A stretch of DNA of 64,000 nt from an uncultured Chloroflexia bacterium (GTDB taxonomy: Bacteria > Chloroflexota > Dehalococcoidia > DSTF01 > JALHUB01): positions 28,177 through 92,176 of the forward strand of contig CAVSBT010000044.1 in assembly GCA_963726245.1 (NCBI GenBank), written 5' to 3'. Of the stretch, positions 19,372 through 30,125 are shown one piece after another; position 1 is the stretch's first letter, and every line of letters begins with the position of its first letter. The notes under the pieces were generated by a model. It did not search any database. It was not told the DNA's origin and saw only the letters and a list, made by a program, of their open reading frames with translations. Made by a program: the position numbers and the translations under genes.

Positions 19372-21937
19372 TCAGCCGCGCCGCCAGCGCCCCAGTGCCT
19401 GGCTCAGGGCGGCGTAGGGGCCTCCCAGCGCCTGTTCCCAGTCTCCCGGCACCAAGATTGTGGTAGGGGACTCCCGATGGAACTTCATCCGGTAGTAGAG
19501 GATGCCGAGAAGGTAGAGCTGGACTCCGCCTACATTGAGGTTGGTGTCGCCGGAGTAGAGAATCGCCTGCGCCCGGCGTACTACCTCGTCGGGAACGGGC
19601 GCCGGCGCATAGGAGTCGCCCAGCATCATGGCGGCGCGTGGATCGTCGAGCTGGGCGCCCAGGAGCCACTCGTGGCGGGCGCGCTCCAGGTCGCCGGCCT
19701 GGAGGTACCACTGGCCGAGAGCGCGGCGCACGGCGCCGTCGTCCGGGTGCCGGGCTACGGCATCCTCCAGGATCGCGAGAGCCTCCTGCGACTGACCGGT
19801 CGCCATCAGGATCGTCGCCAGGTCCACGCGGCCGGCCACGTCCCCGGGCCGGCCCAGGATGAACAGCCGGCAGTCCTGGGCGGCCTTCCCCAGGTCTAGG
19901 CTGGAGGCCGCAGGCACCAGAAGCTGCTGGCCCACGAGGCACGGATTCAACGCCACGATTGAGCTGCCCACTATCTCCTCGAAGTTCTGGCGCCGGAAGT
20001 CGGTGCCTGACCAGAAGGGCGAGAAGGCCATGCTCGCGTCGAGGCCGATGGCGGTGGCATAGGCCTCCCGCGCCTCTTGGGCCGTACCGGCCTGCTCCAC
20101 CACGCTCGCCGCGGCGATCGTCACCACCCCGTCATGGCCCGCCCGGCGGATGGCCTCCAGCGCCGAGTCGCGCGCCTCCGGGAGGCGACCGGCAAGAAGA
20201 TAGGCCCGCGCCAGATTCGCGTGACCGATGGCGCCGCGCGGTTCCAGGTCCACGGCACGCTCCAGATGAGCGATCCCCTGGTCGAGGAGCGGTCGCGGCG
20301 CTCCGCCCATGTAGGCCATGGTCTCGCTCAGGCCCAACTCCAACTGGTAGACGGCAAGGTCAGGGTCGCCGTCCACCGCTCGCTGGAAATCAGGGACGGC
20401 CTGCAACCAGCGGCCGGCATCGGCGTCCGCGAGGCCCTGAGAGTAGTGGCGATGGGGTCCGTCCAGCTTACCCCAGAAGAAGAGGACCGCCACCAGGGCC
20501 ACCAGCACTGTGACGGACGGCAGCAGAAGAAGGCGCCGGCGCCACAGTCCGGCCCACCGCGCTCCGGGCGAGTCATCACCTGCGTCTGGGCTGGAGGGCG
20601 GCTCCGGGACAGCCCTCGCCATCAGAGCCAGCACCACGGCCAGCGGGATAAGGGCCGTCTTCGAGGCGTTCGGCGCGTCGGCCAGGCTGTGCACCAGGAA
20701 GCCGGCGACGGCTGCCCCGCAGGTCAGTAGCAGCAGGCGCGCCTCGGGCGTGGCCCGCCGGTACCCTCGCCACAGCGCACCTGCGGCAGCCGCCACCACG
20801 ACCACCATCACACCGACGCCGGCTGCGCCCAGGTCATCAGCAGCCTGTAGGAAGCCGTTGTGGGCGTGTACAGCCTGAATTGGGTAGGCGCCGCTGTACT
20901 GCGTGTACATCAGGCCGTAGGTGCCGGGGCCCGTGCCCAGGAGCGGCCGGTCGCGGAACATCTCCCCGCCGGCGGCCATGGCATCGAGTCGCGGCGAGAG
21001 CGAGCCGCGAAAGAGCCACTCCGGCCGGGATTCCCACCTTGTGGCCACTATCAGCGCCGCGCCCAGCACGCCCGCCAGGACCACGAGCGACGCCGCGTAG
21101 AGCGCCAGGCGGACACCGCTCCGCGCCACATGCAGACGCGGCATCCGCAACAGGTCCGGGCGGGACACCGCGACCCACCCCACCACGGCCAGGGTGGCGG
21201 CAACTGCCGCCCCGATCCAGCCCGCCCGTGACAGGGTGAAGAAGAGGGCGCCGGCCATGAGCACCAGCGCACCGGCCGACGCAACCCGCAGCAGTACCCT
21301 CCGGCCTTCCAGGAGCCCGACGACGCAGAAAGGTACTGCCGGGACAAGGCTCATCGCGAGCATGTTCGGGGTGATCGCCGACGTCGTGAACCCTGGGCAC
21401 GGTGGGCGGTAACAGGTCGCCAAGACCCCAGGAAGGGTCAACCGCCCGCGAGAGCCGCAGCCAGCCCAGGTAGTCACGCCCCACTTCGAAGAGGGCGTAG
21501 GCGGCCGCCGCCGACATCACCAGCAGCAAGGCCCGCCGCACCTGCCGGACGTCCAGCAGGCTGTCGTCGGCGGCCACGTAGAAGACGAGGACTACCGTTA
21601 TCATCTGGAGGGTCGACTCCAGGCTCACCCGCCAGTTGACGGAGGCAGCCGTGGCGGCCCCGTAGGCGAGCAGAAGGGCAAACACGGGCCAGTCCAGGAA
21701 GGTCCGCCCCGGAAGCCGGCGGCGGAATGAGAGGTGGAGCAGGTAGCCAATGATAACCGCCGCGGTGACGGCCTGAAGGGCCACCGTCGGGCGGAACACG
21801 CGGACGCTGAGATAGGGCTCGCCGCTGATGACGTAGTAGCCCAGCCAGGCGGCGAAGCCAAGCATGAGCCCGCTTCGGATAATGAACGTGCGGCGGCTGG
21901 GCGCGACCTCCGCTGAGACCGAGACACTCACAGCCAT
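19372..21937 (-). CDS. O-antigen ligase-family membrane protein with C-terminal TPR repeats; frameshift near 21368
   Basis: Many TM helices; SRAGW, R...G.G.GTY and HAHNGFLQ (Wzy_C) motifs; TPR-like helices. Removing one base restores HPNMLAM. Confidence 0.8.
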
Positions 21938-22157
21938 CTGGCTCTCGGCACTTTCAGAAGCAGGGACGCAGTGGTCTTCTCGCAAGGGCAACGGGCTCAG
22001 CGGTCCCGCCAAGCCAGTGGCCATTCTAGCACAGGCGGGCCGTAGCGCCCGCCCTTCCCCATCGCCGGCGGTGTGGTGTTGTTTTTCGGTGGGGTGCCGA
22101 AAATCACAGTAGAAGGTACTGGCGCGCCAGCACTTGTACTTCCTCAACTGCCCGGCC

Positions 22158-22913
22158 ATGGAATTGCGCATGCGTGAGACACCGCCCGAACGAGCGGCTC
22201 CCGCCGCAGAGCCCAGCCTTGACACCGAGGGGCTGGCGGCTGCCCTTGCCGCCTGGCGCCGCTCGCTGGAGTCGGTGCGGAAGAGCATTGACGAAGCGAC
22301 AGCATCGGTCGGCCTCTTGAACGCCACCCTGCGAGAGATGGCGCCCATCTGGCGCAGCGTGGGGCAGTTGCAGAAGGCGCTCACCGAGATAGACTGGGCG
22401 GAGGCCATAGACGAGGTCACGGCCACAGCCGAGGAGACGCTGGCGAAGGCGGCCGCCCTCCGGCTCGAGACAGCCGGGGCGCACGGTGAGGAGACCGCCC
22501 CGGAGCCGGGAGAGCCGGACATGGAGGCAACGCTGGAAACCGCTCGGGCTTTCAGTGCCCGCAGCCGGCCTCCGGCCATTCTGGAGGTTCCCGTCACCAA
22601 CGGCGGCGCCCCTTACTCCTATACCTTGACCGTTGAGGAGATGGGATCGAGGGTAAAGCTGGTTCCCCTCCACCAATCGCTCAGCCGGATGGCGGGGGTT
22701 CGCGAGCTATCGCTGAAGAGCTACACCAATGGCGTCGCAGTGGTCACCATAGACTCGGAGACCGCGCTGGAGGTCCCTGCCCTGGAAGAGGCCTTCTCGA
22801 AGGAGATGCAAAGGGCTTGCCGAGTCATAGCCGGTGAGGGCCCTTCATTCCTCGTACGGATGGGTGGCGACGCCGCATCCGTTGGACAGGACAAACATGG
22901 TAGTGCCAAGTAG
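22158..22913 (+). CDS. Hypothetical protein
   Basis: Long ORF with genome-like codon use, immediately upstream of the GGDEF gene. Confidence 0.6.
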   Translation: MELRMRETPPERAAPAAEPSLDTEGLAAALAAWRRSLESVRKSIDEATASVGLLNATLREMAPIWRSVGQLQKALTEIDWAEAIDEVTATAEETLAKAAALRLETAGAHGEETAPEPGEPDMEATLETARAFSARSRPPAILEVPVTNGGAPYSYTLTVEEMGSRVKLVPLHQSLSRMAGVRELSLKSYTNGVAVVTIDSETALEVPALEEAFSKEMQRACRVIAGEGPSFLVRMGGDAASVGQDKHGSAK

Positions 22914-22927
22914 GAGAAGTTCTCGCC

Positions 22928-24151
22928 ATGGGCATGGCGGAGTGGTGGTCCAAGAACACGCCTCGTCGCGAGGCGGGCGGCGGTCGCAATGCCGGCGACG
23001 GCCGCGATGGCGACACACAAGCAGCGCGAGGTGCCAACGTGTCTGAAGAAGAGACGGACGCCAGCCTCCTTCCTAGCGACCACCAGCGCCGGCTGAACGT
23101 GCTGGCCCTCCTTCTCCACAGCGCCGGCAGCGTGGAGGAGGTGCTGTGCACCCTGGCCGAGAAGGGTCCCCACGTGACGGGCGCCTCCGTCGTCTGCCCT
23201 TTGCTCCTCGACAGGAGGCGTGACGTCCTTCACGCGAAGCGGCTTCAGGGGAATTGCATCCCTTCGCTGGATACGCTCAGCGCCGCCCTGGAGATGGAGG
23301 TCACTGAGCTGGAGTTCCCGCTGCCGGTGCAGAGCCTTCGGCGACGAACCCTGGAAAGCGGCGAGATGGAGACGGCCGGCAGTCTCTGTGACCTGTTCGA
23401 GGACGTAGTGGGCAAGCCGGCCTGCGAGGCCGCTCAGCGGGCTCTCGAACCCAAGTGCGTGGTGCTGGCGCCCATGGTGATGGACGGTGATCCCATGGGC
23501 CTGCTCGTCTTCCTTTTCGACGAGGAGGAGTTGGACCGAGAGCTCCTGGAGCTGCTGACCGGCCATGTCACCCTGGCCCTCAAGAACCTCACAGAGCTGG
23601 AGGAGATGGGCCGGTTTGGCGAGATGGACCAGGTGACCTGGCTCTACAACCATCGCTACTTCATGGAGGCGGTGGAGCGCGAGATGCTGAGGTCCAAGCG
23701 TTATCGCCGCCCACTCTCCCTCATCTTCCTGGAAATCGACCGCTTCTCAGACTTCAAGGAAAGCTATGGCCCCTCTCTGGGCGACCGGCTTCTGCAATCC
23801 GTGGGCATGCTCCTGGCGGAATCGGCGACAGAACCGGAGGTGGTGGCCCACTTCGATGACAGCGACTTCGCCCTGCTACTGCCGGAAGTGAATCGCGCCT
23901 CCGCCGTCTCCATCACGACCAGCCTCATGGCCCGACTGGCCCAGGTCGCCGTTTTCGGCGGCTCCGGGACGGCGGAACGCGTCACTGCCAGCGTGGCTAT
24001 CGTCTGCTACCCGGAGGACGGCACGACTGCGCACGACCTCGTCGCCGCCGCCGCCAACGGCCTGGAGGAGGCAAGGAGGGAGAAGGGGGCGGAAACCCCC
24101 AACCCAGAGTCCGCCGAACCAGCCTCGAAGGCCGTAAAACGGGCCAGCTAG
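22928..24151 (+). CDS. GAF plus degenerate GGDEF domain protein
   Basis: D.VTWLYNHRYF, LSLIFLEIDRF and YG..GD..L motifs, but the active site reads HFDDSDF. Confidence 0.85.
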   Translation: MGMAEWWSKNTPRREAGGGRNAGDGRDGDTQAARGANVSEEETDASLLPSDHQRRLNVLALLLHSAGSVEEVLCTLAEKGPHVTGASVVCPLLLDRRRDVLHAKRLQGNCIPSLDTLSAALEMEVTELEFPLPVQSLRRRTLESGEMETAGSLCDLFEDVVGKPACEAAQRALEPKCVVLAPMVMDGDPMGLLVFLFDEEELDRELLELLTGHVTLALKNLTELEEMGRFGEMDQVTWLYNHRYFMEAVEREMLRSKRYRRPLSLIFLEIDRFSDFKESYGPSLGDRLLQSVGMLLAESATEPEVVAHFDDSDFALLLPEVNRASAVSITTSLMARLAQVAVFGGSGTAERVTASVAIVCYPEDGTTAHDLVAAAANGLEEARREKGAETPNPESAEPASKAVKRAS

Positions 24152-24287
24152 CCCGATCCCGCCTCTGCACCGCCGCTGATTGACACCGCCCCCGATCCAT
24201 GCTAATCGTGAGTCGCTTTGGATAGCGTCCGGATCATAGGCGCTGGCCAGCGGCCCGGCTCATAACAGGCATCGGGAGGTTTCAGTG

Positions 24288-25109
24288 ATGGACCTGGGAC
24301 TTAGTGACAAAGTGGCCATCGTCACGGGGGCTGGTCGCGGCATCGGCCGTGCAATCGTCCTCACCCTGGCGGAGGAAGGGGCGAGAGTGGCCGTGAACGA
24401 CGTCTTCCAGGAGCGGGCCCAGGCCGTGGCCGCCGAGGTGAAGGCGAAGGGGGGACAGGCCATCGCCGCCGTCGCCGACGTGACCGACAGGGCGCAGGTA
24501 GAGGAGATGGTTTCCCGGGTCGTGAAGGAATGGGGGACCGTCCACATCCTGGTGAACAACGCCGGCATCCCGGCCACAAGCGCCGAGGAGATGCAAGGCG
24601 GTTTCGGCGGGCCCTTCTTCAGCCAGCAGGACCAGGCGGACTGGGGCCGCGTGATGGACGTCGTCACCTACGGCGTGCTCAACTGCTCGCGGGCCGTGCT
24701 GGACCACATGTCGAACCAGGGCTGGGGGCGCATCGTCAACACCATCTCGGACGCCGGGCGGATCGGAGAGGCCCGGTTGGCCACCTACTCCATGGCCAAG
24801 GCCGGCGTCACCGGCTTCACCAAGGCACTGGCGAAGGAGATGGGACGCTACCGCATCACAGTCAACTGCGTCTCGCCCAGCACAACGGAGACAGAGACCA
24901 CCGCCTCCCTCTTCGAGGCGGCGCGTCAGAGCGAGGAGGGCGCGGCCCGCCTGGAGGCAATCGGACGCCAGTACCCCCTCTACAAGGGATTGGGGCGCCT
25001 GGGCCAGCCCCAGGACATCGCCAACGCCGTCGCCTTCCTGGCCTCGGACCGCGCCGAATCGATCACCGGCCAGGTTCTGAGCGTCAACGGCGGCTACGCC
25101 ATGGTCTAG
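24288..25109 (+). CDS. Short-chain dehydrogenase/reductase
   Basis: TGAGRGIG, NNAG, YSMAK and ITGQVLSVNGG motifs; GGGAGG RBS. Confidence 0.93.
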   Translation: MDLGLSDKVAIVTGAGRGIGRAIVLTLAEEGARVAVNDVFQERAQAVAAEVKAKGGQAIAAVADVTDRAQVEEMVSRVVKEWGTVHILVNNAGIPATSAEEMQGGFGGPFFSQQDQADWGRVMDVVTYGVLNCSRAVLDHMSNQGWGRIVNTISDAGRIGEARLATYSMAKAGVTGFTKALAKEMGRYRITVNCVSPSTTETETTASLFEAARQSEEGAARLEAIGRQYPLYKGLGRLGQPQDIANAVAFLASDRAESITGQVLSVNGGYAMV

Positions 25110-25161
25110 AGCCGCGGGCCTCCGATGCGACGACGTGTCCGTCCTTCCGAAGGCCATGCGC

Positions 25162-25218
25162 GTAGCGGAGGGCTTCAGCCCTCCATGGCCTCTGTGGAAG
25201 GCTAAAGCCTTCCGCTAC
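25162..25218. repeat. Inverted pair of GTAG-family REPs between convergent genes
   Basis: GTAGCGGAGGGCTTCAGCCCTCC ... GGAAGGCTAAAGCCTTCCGCTAC. Confidence 0.8.
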
Positions 25219-25239
25219 AGGGGCAAGCTCCTAACGCCT

Positions 25240-25701
25240 CTAACTGATCGGCGGCAGGGCCGTCCAGTCGTAGCCGATGGCGGGATCGTCGTGGGGGATG
25301 CGGATCTCCTCACCCTCGGGGTCGTAGATGCGCGAGGTGAAGTAGATGAGGTGGGTGGGCCCGCTCAGGGCCTTGCAGCCGTGGGCGACGCCGGGGGGAA
25401 TCTTGAGAAGCTGCGACTCATAGTGGTCGCCCAGGAAGAGCTCCTGGAGCTGGCCCCGCGTCGGCGAGCCCTCCCGCAGATCGTAGAGCGCCACCTTCAG
25501 GTTGCCGGCCGGCACGTACCACCAGTCGATCTGGGTGCGGTGCACGTGCCAGGCCTTGGCAACGCCGGGGTACATCATCGAGTGGCTGGCCTGAGCCCAG
25601 CCCTCGCGGATGATCTCCTCCGTGTTGCGGACGATCTCCCGGAAGAAGCCCCGCTCGTCGGGATAGGTGACCAGCCGCTTCAGCTCGACGCCCTCGATCA
25701 T
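25240..25701 (-). CDS. rfbC: dTDP-4-dehydrorhamnose 3,5-epimerase family (cupin)
   Basis: DERGFFRE, AWHVH, D.R..SPT and IPPGVAHG motifs. Confidence 0.85.
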   Translation of the reverse strand: MIEGVELKRLVTYPDERGFFREIVRNTEEIIREGWAQASHSMMYPGVAKAWHVHRTQIDWWYVPAGNLKVALYDLREGSPTRGQLQELFLGDHYESQLLKIPPGVAHGCKALSGPTHLIYFTSRIYDPEGEEIRIPHDDPAIGYDWTALPPIS

Positions 25702-25769
25702 GGTTCGACCTCGGGTGAAGCATATAGCGGCTCCCCCGTCGACGCAACGCCTGGTGCGTGCTTGCGCTA

Positions 25770-26726
25770 CGACGATCCGCCCGTACCGCTGTGACCTGGA
25801 GCTTGTTCCCCCACCGTCCGATAGCAGAGTTAAACAGCCAGACCATCCACCGGTAGATGTGATGGACTCCCGGCCGCGACAGAAGTCGCATCACGCGCCC
25901 CGGTTCGTGTTTGTAGTACATGAGATAGCGGCGCGCATAGACCCGGAACCCCGCCGACTGGAGTTCCCTTCGCACGTCCTCCGCATTTAGCCGCGCCACA
26001 CGATTGCCCGCGCCCTCGTGGTTCAAGGAGATGCCCAGACGCACCGCCACCTGCGTCCCCAGCGCCTCGGCAGGCTCGTTTACACTGACCGCACGGCTGG
26101 CCACGCGGGCCAGCTCGCGCACGCCCAGCATTGGCTCGGCCAGGTGGTGGAGGCCATCGTGGACGTAGCCAACGTCCACGGAGCCAGTTCGAACCGGCAG
26201 ATGTTCCACGTCGCCGACGACCACAAGGTAGTCCAAGTCAAAACGCTCGGCGCGCTGTCGTGCCCGGCGCGCGCACCCCTCCGAGATGTCCAGCGCAATG
26301 ACCTTGGCGCCCTCGCGCGCCAGAAACTCTGCATCCATCCCACTGCCGCAGCAGGCATCAACGACCGTTGCCCCTCTTACAGGCGATAACAGTGCAACGC
26401 TGCGCCGGAACTTTTCGGCCATCAGCCACTGGTAAGCCAACGGGGCGCCGTCGGGGCGCGACGATCTCGAACTCCACTGCCACCTCGCGGTCGAAGTAGT
26501 TTGCCTGCTGCCGCTTGTGCTGACAGAGGTGATCCACCTCGTCATGGATGTGCGACGTATCAAGGCCGGATGGGAGCAGGATGGGGATTCCGCCGCGCAC
26601 TGGGTAGGTCGCTCGGCAGCGGCTGCATTCAAGCATGCCGTCAGCAAGCCCTCCCTCCAGTCCCAGTAGGTCACTGTCGCGGCAGACCGGACAGGTCAGT
26701 AGAGTCAGGAGGTCAGAGGCGTTCAT
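25770..26726 (-). CDS. Trm112-like zinc ribbon plus class I SAM methyltransferase; frameshift near 26462, 3' end uncertain
   Basis: LTCPVC..LECSRCRATYPV..GIP, then DACCGSG and GDVEHLP in the second frame. No in-frame stop occurs before rfbC, so the end coordinate is approximate. Confidence 0.7.
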
Positions 26727-26728
26727 GC

Positions 26729-27967
26729 CTAGTTCCGCAACGAACTCAATGCAGGTCCGGGCAGCGACGCCGGCCCCTGCTCGTGCAGGAGCCCTGGACG
26801 TCCCTTCCGACGCAGCGCGTGGTCATAAGCTTGAAGGTGGACCTGCGCACACCGTTCCACCGAAAACCGCTCCACGGCGCGCTGCCGGCCGGCAGAGCCC
26901 ATGCTCTCGCGCAGGACGGCATCTCGCAACAGACGAAGCGCGGCCTTCGCGATGGCCTGCGGGTCCAACGGCGACACGATGTATCCCGTGACGCCGTCTT
27001 CGATCACCTCCGCCACCGCGCCCACGTCCGTCGCGACGACCGGCAGACCCATCATCATCGCCTCCTGTACCACGGTCGGAGCACCCTCTGAACGGGGCAC
27101 GGACGTGAGGACGAAGACGTCCATGGCGGCCAGCGCCGGCCGCACGTCGGCCCGTGGCCCCGCGAAAACCACGTCGCGACCGACGACAAGCCCCAGCTCG
27201 GTCGACAGCCGGTGCAGGCCACATTCATACCCGCCGTGGGTGTAGTAGGACGCGCCCACAATCAGAAGCTTCACGTTTGCCTGCCTGGCCCGCGCGATAG
27301 CGGCAGCACGGATCAGGTACTCGTGGCCCTTCTGCGGGTTCAGATTCCCTACGGTCCCCATCACAAGGTCCTCTGGCACGAAACCAAATTCCGTAAGCGC
27401 GGCTCCCTGGTCCACATTCTCTACAGCGAAGGCTTCCGGATCGACGGGTGGGAAGAAGACATGAAGCCGATCTCCCAGCGCCTCCGCCCCCGGGTGGACA
27501 CTCGCCACCGCCCGCCCCGTGCTCATGACCACGTCCCCGAGCCTGGTCACGAGAGGCATCACCGCTCGGCGAAGGAGCATGGGGGGACGCGTATCGAGAA
27601 GCTGCCAGATGACGGGGACATTCTCCAGCCGCGCCGCGATGGCGCCGTGCGGGTTGACGAGGCCGTTTATCTGCACAACGTCGATGCTGCGCTCGCGGAC
27701 TGCGCTGCGGATGGCCCGCACCTCCGGCCAGAAGCGGGCAGCGAATCGGAGTTGCGTGAGCGGATGCGGCGTAGCGCGCAGGCGGTGCAGCGGCATCGTG
27801 ATCACGTCCACGCCAGCAGCCCGCAGGCGTTCCGCGGCGTCGCCGGGCTCATCGGACAAGAGGACAGAGCTTTCCACACCCGCCCGCCGGAGCGGCGCCG
27901 TCAGCCGGAGTGCCTGGTTATGCGGCCCGCCGAAGACGGGGTAGTGAATGACTGAGAGGAGGTTCAT
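26729..27967 (-). CDS. Glycosyltransferase family 4
   Basis: GNLNPQKG and EGAPTVVQEAM..GLPVVATDVG motifs. Confidence 0.92.
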   Translation of the reverse strand: MNLLSVIHYPVFGGPHNQALRLTAPLRRAGVESSVLLSDEPGDAAERLRAAGVDVITMPLHRLRATPHPLTQLRFAARFWPEVRAIRSAVRERSIDVVQINGLVNPHGAIAARLENVPVIWQLLDTRPPMLLRRAVMPLVTRLGDVVMSTGRAVASVHPGAEALGDRLHVFFPPVDPEAFAVENVDQGAALTEFGFVPEDLVMGTVGNLNPQKGHEYLIRAAAIARARQANVKLLIVGASYYTHGGYECGLHRLSTELGLVVGRDVVFAGPRADVRPALAAMDVFVLTSVPRSEGAPTVVQEAMMMGLPVVATDVGAVAEVIEDGVTGYIVSPLDPQAIAKAALRLLRDAVLRESMGSAGRQRAVERFSVERCAQVHLQAYDHALRRKGRPGLLHEQGPASLPGPALSSLRN

Positions 27968-28734
27968 CTCTGGCTGGTGGGCCTCACCGCTACAGAATGC
28001 AGCCGGTAGGCGAAAAGCGAGGGAATCATCCTTTGGGCCAGTCGGTAGAGGCGTGAACTATTCCCGCGCCACCGTTTCTTGCCTATCCACGGGATGTCTC
28101 GAAGAAGGCTCCCGCCGTGCCCGCCAATCTCAACCGGATGGAACCCGACGGAAGTCAGCATCCTTCTCAAAGAGTAAGGATTGAAGAAGCGAAGATGCGG
28201 ATCCCGCCACGGTTGCTCCACGGCGAGATTGTCCCCTAGCGGATTCCATCGGCCCAGCAATGCAAGATCGATGCGCCTGCGCCAGTATGCCACGTTGGGA
28301 ACGGTGACGATCAGCACACCCCCCGGTCGGAGGACACGGAAGATTTCGGCCGCCGCCAGGTGAGGTTCGAATAGATGCTCCATCACCTCAATGCAGACCG
28401 CAGCATCGAATGTCGCCTCCAAGAACGGCAGCGGGGCCCCGTCATCTATCTTTCTTGCGTCGAGCCCCAACGCCTGCGCGGCCCGAACAGCGTTCTCCGA
28501 AACGTCGAGGCCAACGTATTCGCATCCGTGGTCACGCAGATAGAGGCCTGCCGTGCGGCCGTCACCGCATCCCACCTCCAGACATCTCCACCCTGTGCGA
28601 ATGTGCGCTTGGAAGAGCTGCGCCAGAGTCGGCGTGATAGCGCCGGAGGGGCAGAATCCATCGTCGGACCAGTACGTCTCGTAGTAATCGCTCACCCCCG
28701 CTGTGGAATGCTTTCCCACCTTCATCGCCGGCAC
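27964..28734 (-). CDS. Class I SAM-dependent methyltransferase
   Basis: LEVGCGDG, EVMEHL and RVLRPGG motifs. Confidence 0.9.
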   Translation of the reverse strand: MPAMKVGKHSTAGVSDYYETYWSDDGFCPSGAITPTLAQLFQAHIRTGWRCLEVGCGDGRTAGLYLRDHGCEYVGLDVSENAVRAAQALGLDARKIDDGAPLPFLEATFDAAVCIEVMEHLFEPHLAAAEIFRVLRPGGVLIVTVPNVAYWRRRIDLALLGRWNPLGDNLAVEQPWRDPHLRFFNPYSLRRMLTSVGFHPVEIGGHGGSLLRDIPWIGKKRWRGNSSRLYRLAQRMIPSLFAYRLHSVAVRPTSQR

Positions 28735-29994
28735 CTACGCAAGGGTGCGCTCCCCAATCAAATCCAGGACACGGTCAGCATAATCGACCCAGGAGTGTCC
28801 GCCTTCCACTCGCCGTCGAGCCGCTGCGCCCATTGCGGCGCGCAGGTGGTTGTCTTGGAACAAGCGCTCGATCGCCTGCACAAGCGCCGTTGCATCCCCA
28901 GCCGGGATCACCAGACCATCCTCTCCATGCGTGATTAACTCACTCGTCCCGGCGTGATCGCTCACGATAACCGGCAAGCCGGAGGCCATCGCTTCCAAGG
29001 TGACCAACCCATATGAGTCCTCAAGCGACGGTAGCGCGAACAGGTCAGCCTCGTGCATGATCTCGGCGACGCCGCCGTGCGCAGTCGGCCTCCAGTAATG
29101 CAGGTTGTCCGGCGGGTTTCGCAGAACTTCGGGACTCACCATGGGCCCGACAAGCACAAACTCGATCGGTCGATCATGAAGCCGCCGTGCGGCCTCGACC
29201 AGCACTCGCACGCCTTTGCGGTGTGAAATCTGCCCGACGTACAGACAGCGAATCACCCCACCTCGCCTTCCTTGTTTGTCCCTTCTGGCCGGCGGCGAAA
29301 ACGCCGACAAGTCAACACCGTACGGCTCAACCGCTACCCGTTCCTTCGGCAGCCCCACCTCTTCCAGTTGCCGGGCGACGAAAAGAGAAGGGACCAGGAC
29401 GAGACTGGCCGTCTCCAGTTCTCGCTCAACACGTCGTGCGATCTTGGGCGACACCAGTTCGTGATCGCCGTTCCGCAAACCACCCAGTTCCGTCAGAAAG
29501 CGGTTGTGGCAGAGCGGATGGCTGTTGACGAAATTGAGTACTCCCAGCCTGTTGGAGGCTCGCGCCTCTCGCAGGGTCAGCTCGGCCGAGGCGAACATCC
29601 CTATGACGGCATCCCACTCGCCTCCCATTAGCCGGTGGGCCACGGCCTGGTCGAAGCGTTCTTTCGCTTCGTACATCAGGCGTGCGGCAAGAGGCTCTCC
29701 TCGTGGCAGCCGACGTGCGACCACACACCCCAACTCTGGCAGGCGGGCCACCGTCTCCACGCGCCCCGGCGGAACCCCCGCGAACGAGTAGCGGCCAACC
29801 CCCCGCGCAAGCCGCCGACGGAGACCGGCGAACGGGACATACCTCGTTGCCGCCAGCAACTTCGCGGCGTAGAGGGTCGCGTAGAAGCGTGCCAACTGGC
29901 CGCGGCTTGCCGCTCGCCGGGCGATAGCCAGTACGGATCCCTCGCGGTAGGGCGTGGCCACCACTATCTGGGGGGAGCAGCCGTTCAAACCCAC
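28735..29994 (-). CDS. Glycosyltransferase family 4
   Basis: VGQISHRKG and EDSYGLVTLEAMASGLPVI motifs. Confidence 0.92.
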   Translation of the reverse strand: MGLNGCSPQIVVATPYREGSVLAIARRAASRGQLARFYATLYAAKLLAATRYVPFAGLRRRLARGVGRYSFAGVPPGRVETVARLPELGCVVARRLPRGEPLAARLMYEAKERFDQAVAHRLMGGEWDAVIGMFASAELTLREARASNRLGVLNFVNSHPLCHNRFLTELGGLRNGDHELVSPKIARRVERELETASLVLVPSLFVARQLEEVGLPKERVAVEPYGVDLSAFSPPARRDKQGRRGGVIRCLYVGQISHRKGVRVLVEAARRLHDRPIEFVLVGPMVSPEVLRNPPDNLHYWRPTAHGGVAEIMHEADLFALPSLEDSYGLVTLEAMASGLPVIVSDHAGTSELITHGEDGLVIPAGDATALVQAIERLFQDNHLRAAMGAAARRRVEGGHSWVDYADRVLDLIGERTLA

Positions 29995-30125
29995 CCCCCG
30001 CCCGCTCGGGGCATAGAAAGGATCCTCTCCACGGTTCGCTCGAAGTCCTCTGCCCAGCGCTCCGCCGTATGCCGGGCGATCTTCCGCGCCGACGCCTCGC
30101 CCTCGGGGGCCCGTCGCTCCGGCAT
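29985..30125 (-). pseudogene. C-terminal remnant of a GT4 glycosyltransferase
   Basis: Translates as MPERRAPEGEASARKIARHTAERWAEDFERTVERIL..., which resembles the C-terminus of the GT4 ending at 30990 (DPDQRRRMGE..IEWWAGEFE). Confidence 0.6.

Noticed and set aside
25418-25769. Long C-terminal extension of the methyltransferase overlapping rfbC
   Set aside because: Low-complexity out-of-frame read-through, more likely a lost stop at a junction or another indel.
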